64,000 nucleotides of DNA from Longimicrobiales bacterium (GTDB taxonomy: Bacteria; Gemmatimonadota; Gemmatimonadetes; Longimicrobiales; Gaopeijiaceae): assembly GCA_965248195.1 (NCBI GenBank), contig CBDFIQ010000002.1, forward strand, positions 2,400,001-2,464,000, written 5' to 3'. Positions 41,834 to 49,979 of the stretch are shown one piece after another (the stretch's first letter is position 1; the number at the start of each line of letters is the position of its first letter). The notes under the pieces were generated by a model. It worked only from the letters and a program-made list of their open reading frames with translations, searched no databases and was not told the origin of the DNA. A program made the translations under genes and the position numbers.

Positions 41834-43890
41834 GTGTCCGCGAGTGTGAGGATGCCCGGAGGCTCCGCGGGAACCTCCATCCGGAGGACGGACTACATTA
41901 TCGACGGCGTGGTTGCGCCGCGCTCGTCGTTTCTTCGAGGTCGGGTCCTCTTATGGCAGTCCCCCTAGCGCTGCTGCTCGCAGTCCAGGTCGCTCAGGCC
42001 GGCGTGAGCGGCACGGTCCGCGGAGAGCTCACGGGCGTTCCACTCGGTGGCGCCTTGATCACCCTCTCCGATCTCGACCGTGAGGTCCTGACCGATGCCC
42101 GGGGTCGGTTCGGATTCGGAGCGCTACCGCCGGGGCCTCACCACGTAACGATCGCGCATCATGGCTACGAATCTCGGACGCTCCATGCGCTTGTGCCGCG
42201 TACCGGTGAACTTGAGCTCAACATCGCCCTACAGCCGGTTCCGGTTGAGCTCGATGGCCTCTTCGTCCAGCCTCGACTGCCGATTCGCGGCGCAGAGGAC
42301 ATAAGGCCCGTCCGCGAACGGGCCGAGTCGGTGAGCATCGCTGCGATCCGGAATCACCCCCTTCTCGCCGAGCCCGACGTGTTCCGCGTGCTAGAGGGAG
42401 GAGACGTGGCCGTGCTACCGGAGTCACCCACCGGCCTACACGTGCGGGGCGGCGCCTCCAGCCACACGGGGTACGAGATCGACGGCATTCCGGTGCTCAC
42501 GCCGGTACACGCGGGTGGCATCTTCAGCGCCTGGAATGCGGATGCGATGTCGAGCGTGCATCTGACGCGCGCAACCAGCGGCGTGCTTCCAAGCCTGTCT
42601 GGCTCGGTGGTCGGCGTGACGCGAGCACCTGGTTCCGTCCAACACGGGACAGCGGCTGTCAGCGCGACTCAGGCTCGCATGACGGTGTATGGGCCGTTCA
42701 CATCCGGTGCCGGCTATGTGCTCAGCCTTAGAAGCGGCTTCCCGGGTGGTGTCCTTGCGCCCAGTGATCCGGCAAAGATCCGAGGAGAATCGGGTGACAT
42801 GCTCGCCAAGGTCGAGCTCCCTTTCTTCGGTGGAAGGCTCAAGCTCCTCGGGTACGACAGTGAGAACGAGCTCAACGCGGGCGCGGTCGCCGACCCGACG
42901 GACGCTCTTCTCGTCCGTCGTAACGGCTTCGATTGGCGCACCCGGTCGCTCGGAGCGACGTGGGAAGGCAGCATCGGATCGTCACGAGTAGCCCTTCGCG
43001 CGTGGGACTCCCGGAGCGCCGGCTCCGCAACGCTGCTGAGCGAGGTAGGGGATGCGGCCGACGTGCGCAGTGGCCGGACCGAGAGCGGTGTCATGGCGAC
43101 GCTCACCCGCCCGACGTCGGCCGAGGGGGAGTTGCTCGTCGGGGCCAGGCTAACCAGAGGGTCCACGGAGTATTGGGCCGGGTCTTCCGACCCCTTCGAG
43201 TCCAGGGGGGCACTCTCGACGGGCGCGCTTCTGCTCGGCTATGAGCTCCCGATCGCGCGTAGAGGTTGGCTGAGAGCGGAGGTCGACTTTACCGCCTCTC
43301 CACTCGGTGCGACGGCGTCACCGCTTCTCGTAGCAGGAGCAGGTCTCGGCCGATTCGTGACTGTGTCCGCCAGCCTGTCCAGACGCCACCAAATCGTCCA
43401 GTCGATGCGAAACGAGGAGTCGCTGCTCGGCGCTGTGTTCCCCGCCGACCTCTTCGTCACGGCCGGATCCGCAGGCGTACCGACCGCTCGGGCCGACGAG
43501 GCGAGCCTCCGCATGGAATACCGGCCACTGCCGGGCCTGAGTGTCGGGGGCCGAGCCTACGCGCGGAGGCTGGGTTCAATCGCGTTCATCGCGCCCGGAA
43601 CGGGCTCCCTATTCTCGACTGGTGCACTCGAAATCGGGTCGGCGTCCGTTCAGGGTCTGTCTTTCGATGTCGCGGTGAGCGGCTCACGCGTCGGTGTCGT
43701 GGTCGACTACGGCTTCCAGAAAGTCCTGAACCGAGCACCCGAGCGTACCTACGTCCCCTCGTACGCTCCGACTCACCGAGCCCAGCTGGGTGTGGTCTTT
43801 CATCCCTCGGCGACCATCCCTCTCTGCCAACGTACGTGAGACACGGAGCACGCAAAGAATTAGAGTAGGGCGAAGGCAGAGAAAACGAAC

Positions 43891-44340
43891 ATGTTGGGAC
43901 TGCGAGAGAGAATGGAAGAGAATGGTAGTGCCCCTGGAATCGGGGAGGCCAAGCGAAGCGCGGCAGCTCCTGCGGACCCGGAGGTAGTAGATAGGCCGCT
44001 ACGCCGGCGGTTCAGTCCATCGTACAAGCTGCGGATCGTCGAAGAAGCGGACCGGTGCACCGAGCCCGGCGAGGTGGGTCAGCTCCTGCGGCGCGAGGGC
44101 CTGTACTCGTCGCACCTGACGACGTGGCGCAAGGCGGCGCATAGCGGGTCGCTGAAGGCCCTGTCGAAGAAACGCGGCCGCAAGCCGGAGCGGAATCCGC
44201 TGGATGAGAAGGTACGCAAGCTGGAGCGGCAAAACGCACGGCTCGAGAATGAGCTCAGGAAGGCACACCTGATCATCGACGTGCAGGGAAAAGTTGCGGG
44301 GCTGCTGGGGATAAGCCTCGACGACGGGACGAACTCTTGA
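43891..44340 (+). CDS. IS3 transposase OrfA
   Basis: Identical to 32830..33279. Confidence 0.92.
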   Translation: MLGLRERMEENGSAPGIGEAKRSAAAPADPEVVDRPLRRRFSPSYKLRIVEEADRCTEPGEVGQLLRREGLYSSHLTTWRKAAHSGSLKALSKKRGRKPERNPLDEKVRKLERQNARLENELRKAHLIIDVQGKVAGLLGISLDDGTNS

Positions 44341-45344
44341 AGGCGGCCGATGAGCTGGCTAAGCACGTCGGTGTAAAACCGGCGTGCGCGGCTCTCGAGG
44401 TCTCCCGATCGACGTTCTACCGTCGTCGAGGCCCATCGACCGGGCAACGGCAGCCCCGCCCGACGCCCGCCCGGGCATTGAGCGAGACGGAACGAGGCGA
44501 GGTCTTCGACACGCTGTGTTCGGAGCGGTTCGTGGACCGCTCACCCGCCGAGGTGGTGGCCACGCTGCTCGACGAAGAGGTCTACCTGTGCAGCGAACGC
44601 ACGATGTATCGTGTTCTGGCCTCCGAGGTGCCGGTTCAGGAACGCCGGGCGCAGCGCACCCATCCCGAGTACAAGAAGCCCGAGTTGATGGCCACGGCGC
44701 CGAACCAGGTGTGGTCCTGGGATATCACGCGGCTACTCGGGCCGAAGAAGTGGAGCTATTACTACCTCTACGTCATCATGGACATCTACAGCCGCTACGT
44801 CGTGGGCTGGATGGTGGCGGACCGGGAGAACTCGGCCCTGGCCGGCCGGTTGATCCAGCAGAGCTGCCTGAAGCATGGCGTCCAGCCCCGGGTCCTGACC
44901 CTGCACTCGGATCGGGGAGCTCCAATGACGAGCCAATGCACCGCTCAACTTCTCGCTGACCTCGGCGTGACTCGCTCGTTGAGCCGGCCTCAGGTGTCGG
45001 ATGACAACCCGTTTTCCGAGGCTCAGTTCAAAACCTTGAAGTACCATCCCTCGTTTCCCGGGCGGTTCGGGGATCAGGGCCAGGCCAAGACGTTGTGTCG
45101 ATCGTTCTTCCGCTGGTACAATGCCGAGCACCGCCATGGCGGTATCTCGATGCTAACCCCCGAGCAGGTCCACTTCGGGAACGCCGATCAGGTCATTGCC
45201 GGCAGGAAATCCGTGCTCCGCGAAGCATGGGCCGCTCATCCCGAACGCTTCGTCACAGGTGTGCCGAAGCCCAAACCGCTCCCGGAGGCCGTCTACATCA
45301 ATCCTCCCATCCCTTCCCTCACCACACAGGATATTGCTCTCTAA
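44337..45344 (+). CDS. IS3 transposase OrfB
   Basis: Identical to 31826..32833; in the -1 frame relative to orfA. Confidence 0.95.
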   Translation: MKAADELAKHVGVKPACAALEVSRSTFYRRRGPSTGQRQPRPTPARALSETERGEVFDTLCSERFVDRSPAEVVATLLDEEVYLCSERTMYRVLASEVPVQERRAQRTHPEYKKPELMATAPNQVWSWDITRLLGPKKWSYYYLYVIMDIYSRYVVGWMVADRENSALAGRLIQQSCLKHGVQPRVLTLHSDRGAPMTSQCTAQLLADLGVTRSLSRPQVSDDNPFSEAQFKTLKYHPSFPGRFGDQGQAKTLCRSFFRWYNAEHRHGGISMLTPEQVHFGNADQVIAGRKSVLREAWAAHPERFVTGVPKPKPLPEAVYINPPIPSLTTQDIAL

Positions 45345-45777
45345 TTAATCCCGTAGAGTGTCCCATTGTCGTTGACAGGTTCCGCATGGCGCTACGCCTA
45401 GCGAGCGCCGGGGCCTGGGGGCGCACCACGACCGCACTCGTCGGGCCCGTCGAGTGGGAGGCCTGCAATCTCGCCGACAACGGCTGCGAGTTCGCCGGGG
45501 CTGCGGAGCACGGAGAAGGGCTGGGTGAGACCCGCCTAGGGGCTTACATACGCACGGACCTCGGCCTACGGAAGCATTGGCATCTGAGCCTCGGAGGTCG
45601 CGACGCGATGCTCGCGTTGCACGGCACGCTCGTCAACGTGCTGAATCGCAAGAACACGCTGAACTACGAGATCGACCCGCTGACGGGCTCCGTTTCTCCG
45701 ATCGATATGTTGGGCCTTGCCCCGCTCGTTGTCGGGGTCGAACTGGCGTTCTAGCCGGAGCCGCGGAACGACTCGGT

Positions 45778-45804
45778 GTCACAGAAGCGTCTCCTGATCT
45801 GCTC
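45778..45804 (+). promoter_or_regulatory. Putative ECF promoter GTCACA-N17-GCTC (copy 2, upstream of the sigma gene)
   Basis: GTCACAgaagcgtctcCTGAtCTGCTCCT directly upstream of the ECF gene. Confidence 0.7.
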
Positions 45805-45827
45805 CTCGGTCGTGGAACCGACTTCCT

Positions 45828-46412
45828 TTGGATGACGTGAGCGAGCTGACGACTGCACTGCCATTCGGTAAGAGCCGTGCCAACGCTCCGCGGGACGTGC
45901 GAGCCGGAGCGAGACGGGACGAGTTCGTCGTCGTCTTCCGAGAGTCCTTCGAGCCACTGCATCGGTATCTGAATCGCCTGTCGGGAGACTCTGATCTCGC
46001 ATCAGAGCTAGCACAGGAGGCCCTCATTAGACTGTATCGGCGCCGGTCACCTCCAGCAGACCCAGCTGCATGGCTGTTCACGGTGGCGACCAATCTCTTT
46101 CGGAACGCAAAGACGAAACGCACGAATCGTGCTCGCCTGTTGACGCCCGAACGAGCTCTGTTGTCCCACTCTGATCCCGCGCAGACCCCGGACGAACACA
46201 GCGAGGCAGCGGAAGCCAAGGAGCGAGTCAGAGCCGCGTTGCACACGCTCGGTGACCGGGAGAGGAGCCTGCTTCTGCTCGCCGCCGAGGGACATAGCTA
46301 TCGCGAGATCTCGAAGATTCTGCGACTCAAGGAAGCGAGCGTGGGCACGCTCCTGCGCCGCGCCAAGGCTGCGTTCAGGGGCGCGTATGAGGAAACACAG
46401 CATGCACCTTGA
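45828..46412 (+). CDS. ECF RNA polymerase sigma factor
   Basis: ELAQEALIRL, AWLFTVATNL, EGHSYREIS...SVGTLLRRA; start may be GTG at 45837. Confidence 0.92.
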   Translation: MDDVSELTTALPFGKSRANAPRDVRAGARRDEFVVVFRESFEPLHRYLNRLSGDSDLASELAQEALIRLYRRRSPPADPAAWLFTVATNLFRNAKTKRTNRARLLTPERALLSHSDPAQTPDEHSEAAEAKERVRAALHTLGDRERSLLLLAAEGHSYREISKILRLKEASVGTLLRRAKAAFRGAYEETQHAP

Positions 46413-47103
46413 TCAAGACACCCTGGAGAGTATGATGAACGGCGACCTCGAGCTCGAGGACCGGATCGCGGCCGAGGACCACCTGGCGACGTGCCCTGCG
46501 TGTCGTGAGCTATTCCAGGATCGCGAGATCGCGGGGCTGCTGGGACGCTTGGACGAACCCGCTCCCGACGTAAGCGCTCACGAACTAATCGCCCGAGCCG
46601 AGCAACGGCAGATGCCGAACCATTTCCGCTGGGCCGCGGGCGTCCTCTTGATGGCGGTGGCGGCCGGAGCGGCCTACGCTGCGCCGGGGTCGCCAGTCCA
46701 GAGGTGGATCGGCGGGCTGACGGGCACCGTCGATGTGCCCATTCCGGAGAGTCCTTCGGAGCCGCGGTACGTAGCGGGCGTCGTGGTACCCCTCGGTGAC
46801 CGATTGGAGATCGAGCTCCGCCCGCAGGGTACGGGAACGATCCACGTGGTCTTGGACGAAGTGCCCGACGTGACGGTGGAGGCCGTCAATGGTCCGGCGA
46901 CGTTCGACTCTCAGGCCGAGCGACTCGTCGTCGAGGGAGCTCAGGGACCCGACTATCGGATCACGATCCCCGGGGATGCGGTCCTAGTCGAGGTGCTGGT
47001 CGGGGCGACATCGGTATTTCGCCTCGAGTCAGGTGAGGTCCTGACCATTGCGCGGTCGGTCGCTGCCGGCCGGTACCAGATCGCGTTCTCGGACGTGAGG
47101 TAG
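46402..47103 (+). CDS. ZAS-type anti-sigma factor with transmembrane helix and periplasmic beta domain
   Basis: HLATCPAC; WAAGVLLMAVAAGAAYA transmembrane segment; overlaps the sigma gene. Confidence 0.85.
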   Translation: MHLDQDTLESMMNGDLELEDRIAAEDHLATCPACRELFQDREIAGLLGRLDEPAPDVSAHELIARAEQRQMPNHFRWAAGVLLMAVAAGAAYAAPGSPVQRWIGGLTGTVDVPIPESPSEPRYVAGVVVPLGDRLEIELRPQGTGTIHVVLDEVPDVTVEAVNGPATFDSQAERLVVEGAQGPDYRITIPGDAVLVEVLVGATSVFRLESGEVLTIARSVAAGRYQIAFSDVR

Positions 47104-47167
47104 AGGGGGCCGCCGGCACGGAGCTTCAATTGCCCGTGGTCGCCACCGAAGTCATCGACGCTGCTTT

Positions 47168-47194
47168 GTCACAAACCGGACGCGCTGTGGGCTC
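47168..47194 (+). promoter_or_regulatory. Putative ECF promoter GTCACA-N17-GCTC (copy 3, PAP2 gene)
   Basis: tGTCACAaaccggacgcgctgtggGCTC, about 65 bp before the PAP2 start. Confidence 0.6.
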
Positions 47195-47259
47195 TCCCAC
47201 CAGGAGCCTAGGGAATCCTTCAACCTGGATGTCCCGTCAGGAACCACACGGAGGTAGGA

Positions 47260-48216
47260 GTGCCCGTCACCCTGAACGGAAGACGAGTCACGAAGCGGCT
47301 GCGACTGTGCGTCGCCGGATCCCCCACGGCTGTGGCAGCGTTGTTCGTGGCGGGCCTTTTCCCGATCCGCGCGCTGTGCCAAGTCCCGGGGGGCTCCGAC
47401 TCCGTCATAGCGGCGGCCGAGGCACATTCAAGTCGCTCCGCTCGAGAGCTCCGGATGGGGCGCGAGATCGCCTTGCTGGGCGTGGGCACCGGCCTCCTGG
47501 CTGCCCACGCCCTGGTGCCACCAGCGAGTCGCGCAGTACCGCCGCAGGGATTCAGCCCGATCGAGATCGCTTGGCCCTTGGACCGTGATGTCGTCGGGAA
47601 TCGGAGCGTGAGCGCTGATCGGGCCAGCAACTGGACGCTCAAGGCTCTGCTCGCACTTCCCCTGCTCATCGCCGGGACGACTTCGGAGGCCGGAGCGCGA
47701 TGGCGCGACTTCGGTAGTAGCACGCTCGTCTATGCGGAGACGTTCCTCATATCCCAGGGCATCACGCGGCTCGCAAAGTCGATGCTCGGGCGTCCTCGAC
47801 CCTATGCATATATGCCCGTGGACTCTCGACCGAACGAATTCACGTACGACGTGTCCAAGGATCGGACTTTCCGCTCGATGCCCTCAGGACATTCAGCATC
47901 GGCGTGGACAGGTGCCGCGTTGGGGCTTGTCGGGCACCTGCTACGACGGCCGGACGCGAGCCCACTCGAGCGAGTCGGCATCGGGTTCTTGAGTGGGGCC
48001 CTCGCAGGTGCGACGGCTACCCTGCGCGTGGAGGCTGGCCAGCACTTCCCGTCGGACGTGTTGGTTGGTGCCGGCATCGGCATTCTAACGGGAGTGACCC
48101 TTCCACTTCTCCACCATGGCGAGCGATCGTTGCCCACGTCGAGCGCATGGTCGCAGGCGGTAGGCGGTGTGGTCGCCGGCACTCTCTTCGGCGTCGTCGT
48201 GGCCCGAACCTACTGA
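47260..48216 (+). CDS. PAP2 family phosphatase
   Basis: KSMLGRPRP (C1), SMPSGH (C2), RVEAGQHFPSD (C3); GGAGGTAGGA RBS before GTG. Confidence 0.9.
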   Translation: MPVTLNGRRVTKRLRLCVAGSPTAVAALFVAGLFPIRALCQVPGGSDSVIAAAEAHSSRSARELRMGREIALLGVGTGLLAAHALVPPASRAVPPQGFSPIEIAWPLDRDVVGNRSVSADRASNWTLKALLALPLLIAGTTSEAGARWRDFGSSTLVYAETFLISQGITRLAKSMLGRPRPYAYMPVDSRPNEFTYDVSKDRTFRSMPSGHSASAWTGAALGLVGHLLRRPDASPLERVGIGFLSGALAGATATLRVEAGQHFPSDVLVGAGIGILTGVTLPLLHHGERSLPTSSAWSQAVGGVVAGTLFGVVVARTY

Positions 48217-48385
48217 GCAGCAGGGCCTCACGACGCCGCTGCTCCCGCGCTACGGCTCGCCGTCCAACCTTCGATTCTTGAGAGGTCAACAGAAATCTGT
48301 AACACAACCTGTATCATCGCTGGGCGGTGCTGGCTGGCGCTCTCCAGCGCAGAATCGGTCAAATCCCTCTGATTCCAGCCCCCAC

Positions 48386-48477
48386 GCACGCTCGGCTGAT
48401 ATCTGATAGGCGTGAGGTCGGTAGTTCGAGTCTACACATTAGCCGCGGTGCAGAATCGCAAATCCGTTAGAGCGCAC
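48386..48477 (+). other. tRNA-Ile(GAT)-derived fragments (pseudo-tRNA or att-like scar)
   Basis: CTGATAgGCGTGAGGTCGGTAGTTCGAGTCTAC (48403-48435) is an anticodon loop to T-arm segment. GTTAGAGCGCAC (48466-48477) resembles a D-loop segment. No acceptor stem. Confidence 0.55.
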
Positions 48478-48523
48478 CAGATCATAGTCTCGGAACCCTT
48501 GAACTTTCAACGTGGGAAGCGTA

Positions 48524-48535
48524 ACGTTATAACGT
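48524..48535. promoter_or_regulatory. Palindromic operator candidate for the toxin-antitoxin operon
   Basis: Perfect palindrome ACGTTATAACGT overlapping a TATAAC -10-like box upstream of the antitoxin. Confidence 0.5.
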
Positions 48536-48567
48536 CTTACGATATGTCTATCGATGGAGCTACCGTT

Positions 48568-48777
48568 ATGTCTACAGTGACGGTTTCCAGCAAATACCAA
48601 GTGGTCATCCCCAAGGACGTACGGGATCGACTGAGAATCCGTCCGGGCCAAAAGGTTGAGGCCTTCGCCGTCGGAGGAAGAGTCGAGCTCGTACCCGTCC
48701 GTCCCATGTCCGAGATGCGGGGGTTCCTGAGGGGAATGGATCCCGACTTCGAGCGTGAGCCGGACCGCGAACTATGA
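48568..48777 (+). CDS. vapB: AbrB/MazE/SpoVT-type antitoxin
   Basis: MSTVTVSSKYQVVIPKDVRDRLRIRPGQKV; ATGA overlap with the PIN toxin. Confidence 0.9.
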   Translation: MSTVTVSSKYQVVIPKDVRDRLRIRPGQKVEAFAVGGRVELVPVRPMSEMRGFLRGMDPDFEREPDREL

Positions 48778-49169
48778 ACGTGGTGGACTCTTCGGGCTGG
48801 ATTGAGTTCTTTGTCGGCGGACCCAACGCGGGCTTCTTCGAAACGCCTCTCGACGCCGAGGACAAGCTTCTCGTACCCTCCGTCAGTGTCCTAGAGGTGT
48901 ACCGCTATGTCCTGCGCAAAGGGGGACGCGAAAAGGCGCTATCTGTTGCCGCCACCATGCGCCAAGGACGCGTTATCGATCTAGACGCCGGCCTGGCGAT
49001 CGAAGCCGCCGAGCTTGGCGCGAGTTACGAGCTCCCGCTGGCGGACAGCATCATCTATGCGTCGGCGCTCACCCATGAAGCCACGCTCTGGACTCAGGAT
49101 GCAGATTTCGAAGGGCTGGATCATGTGGAGTACCGACCAAAGCGGGGTGCTTCTCAGGATCAACTTTGA
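48774..49169 (+). CDS. vapC: PIN-domain toxin
   Basis: VVDSSGWIE...LEV...LPLADSIIYASA...LWTQDADF. Confidence 0.93.
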   Translation: MNVVDSSGWIEFFVGGPNAGFFETPLDAEDKLLVPSVSVLEVYRYVLRKGGREKALSVAATMRQGRVIDLDAGLAIEAAELGASYELPLADSIIYASALTHEATLWTQDADFEGLDHVEYRPKRGASQDQL

Positions 49170-49214
49170 ACTGGGGCGGTTGAGAGATGTCTTGCAAAGG
49201 TGTTGCCTAGCACG

Positions 49215-49709
49215 ATGACCGACAGACGACTCGAGGAAGCCCTCCGCCATCTACACCCGCCCCCAGGGACGAAGCTTTGGCATGGCGGCGCCAGCGTCTT
49301 AGGTGCCCTGCGCGGCCTCTCACCAGAGGTGGCTGCCTGGAGACCCTACCCGGACCGACACAGCATCTGGGCGCTGGCCCTGCACGTCGCCTACTGGAAC
49401 TACGCCGTACGACGGCGCATCACGGAGGAGGAGCGGCGTGGATTTCCCCGTGCGCCCTCGAACTTTCCAAACGTTCCCGCCGAAGTGACGAAGGCCGCTT
49501 GGAGCGAGGACCGACGCCTCGTAACGGAGCAGCATGAACTTCCGGTCCACGTCATAAAAGATTTCGAGCCGTCCCGCTTGGACGAGTACGCTGGGAGCGA
49601 AACCAAAACGACCTACGCGGATCTCATCACAGGCATCGTCCTGCACGACACCTATCACGCCGGCCAGATTCAGATGTTGAAGCGCTTAGCCGCGAGTCAC
49701 GGACTCTGA
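49215..49709 (+). CDS. DinB/YfiT-like family protein
   Basis: HSIWALALHVAYW...HDTYHAGQI metal-binding His triad. Confidence 0.88.
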   Translation: MTDRRLEEALRHLHPPPGTKLWHGGASVLGALRGLSPEVAAWRPYPDRHSIWALALHVAYWNYAVRRRITEEERRGFPRAPSNFPNVPAEVTKAAWSEDRRLVTEQHELPVHVIKDFEPSRLDEYAGSETKTTYADLITGIVLHDTYHAGQIQMLKRLAASHGL

Positions 49710-49848
49710 CCCGATCGCCCAGGTAGACGATCATCGCGCCCCACCCCCTCGCGCACTCCAAAGTGCCGCGAACTTGGGTCCGATCAACGCGCGCCTGGCA
49801 ACACCGAATCCACCAACCCAAAAGCCGGAGAGTGTGTACCTATCCAAA

Positions 49849-49967
49849 GCCGGGAGGGTGTGACGCCCTATCGGAGCCGGTCCGCCGCGAAGCGGTGGAG
49901 CATCCGGTCTGCGGCTCTGCCGCGGCCCGCAGCGTCGGCGGAGAGAGGGCGTCACACCCCGCCCGGC
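49849..49967. repeat. Branched inverted-repeat element between convergent genes
   Basis: GGGTGTGACGCCCT (49856-69) and AGGGCGTCACACCC (49946-59) form a perfect 14-bp inverted repeat, with internal hairpins. Confidence 0.7.
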
Positions 49968-49979
49968 CGCCCGCAGTGC

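Larger units (their letters stand above)
43818..45384 (+). mobile_element. IS3-family insertion sequence, copy 2 (1567 bp)
   Basis: CAT target duplication at 43815-17 and 45385-87; ORF translations identical to copy 1. Confidence 0.95.
41953..45754 (+). pseudogene. TonB-dependent receptor with an N-terminal carboxypeptidase-regulatory-like domain, split by IS3
   Basis: Joining 41953-43817 to 45388-45754 restores one 743-aa frame (...HPSAT-M-ALRLAS...VVGVELAF). Plug motif LHVRGG...YEIDGIPV. Confidence 0.9.

Noticed and set aside
41870..41896. GGAAC...GACTAC as an ECF promoter for the TonB receptor gene
   Set aside because: Single occurrence with a poor -10; insufficient support.
31786..45384. 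Composite transposon that inserted as one unit
   Set aside because: Each IS has its own distinct target duplication and the outer flanks (CTA versus CAT) do not match.
48386..48477. Intact tRNA-Ile gene
   Set aside because: No acceptor stem or correctly placed D-arm; kept only as a fragment.
49856..49959. GTCACA hexamers in the inverted repeat as further regulon promoters
   Set aside because: Neither is followed by GCTC at 17 bp, and neither directly precedes a gene start.
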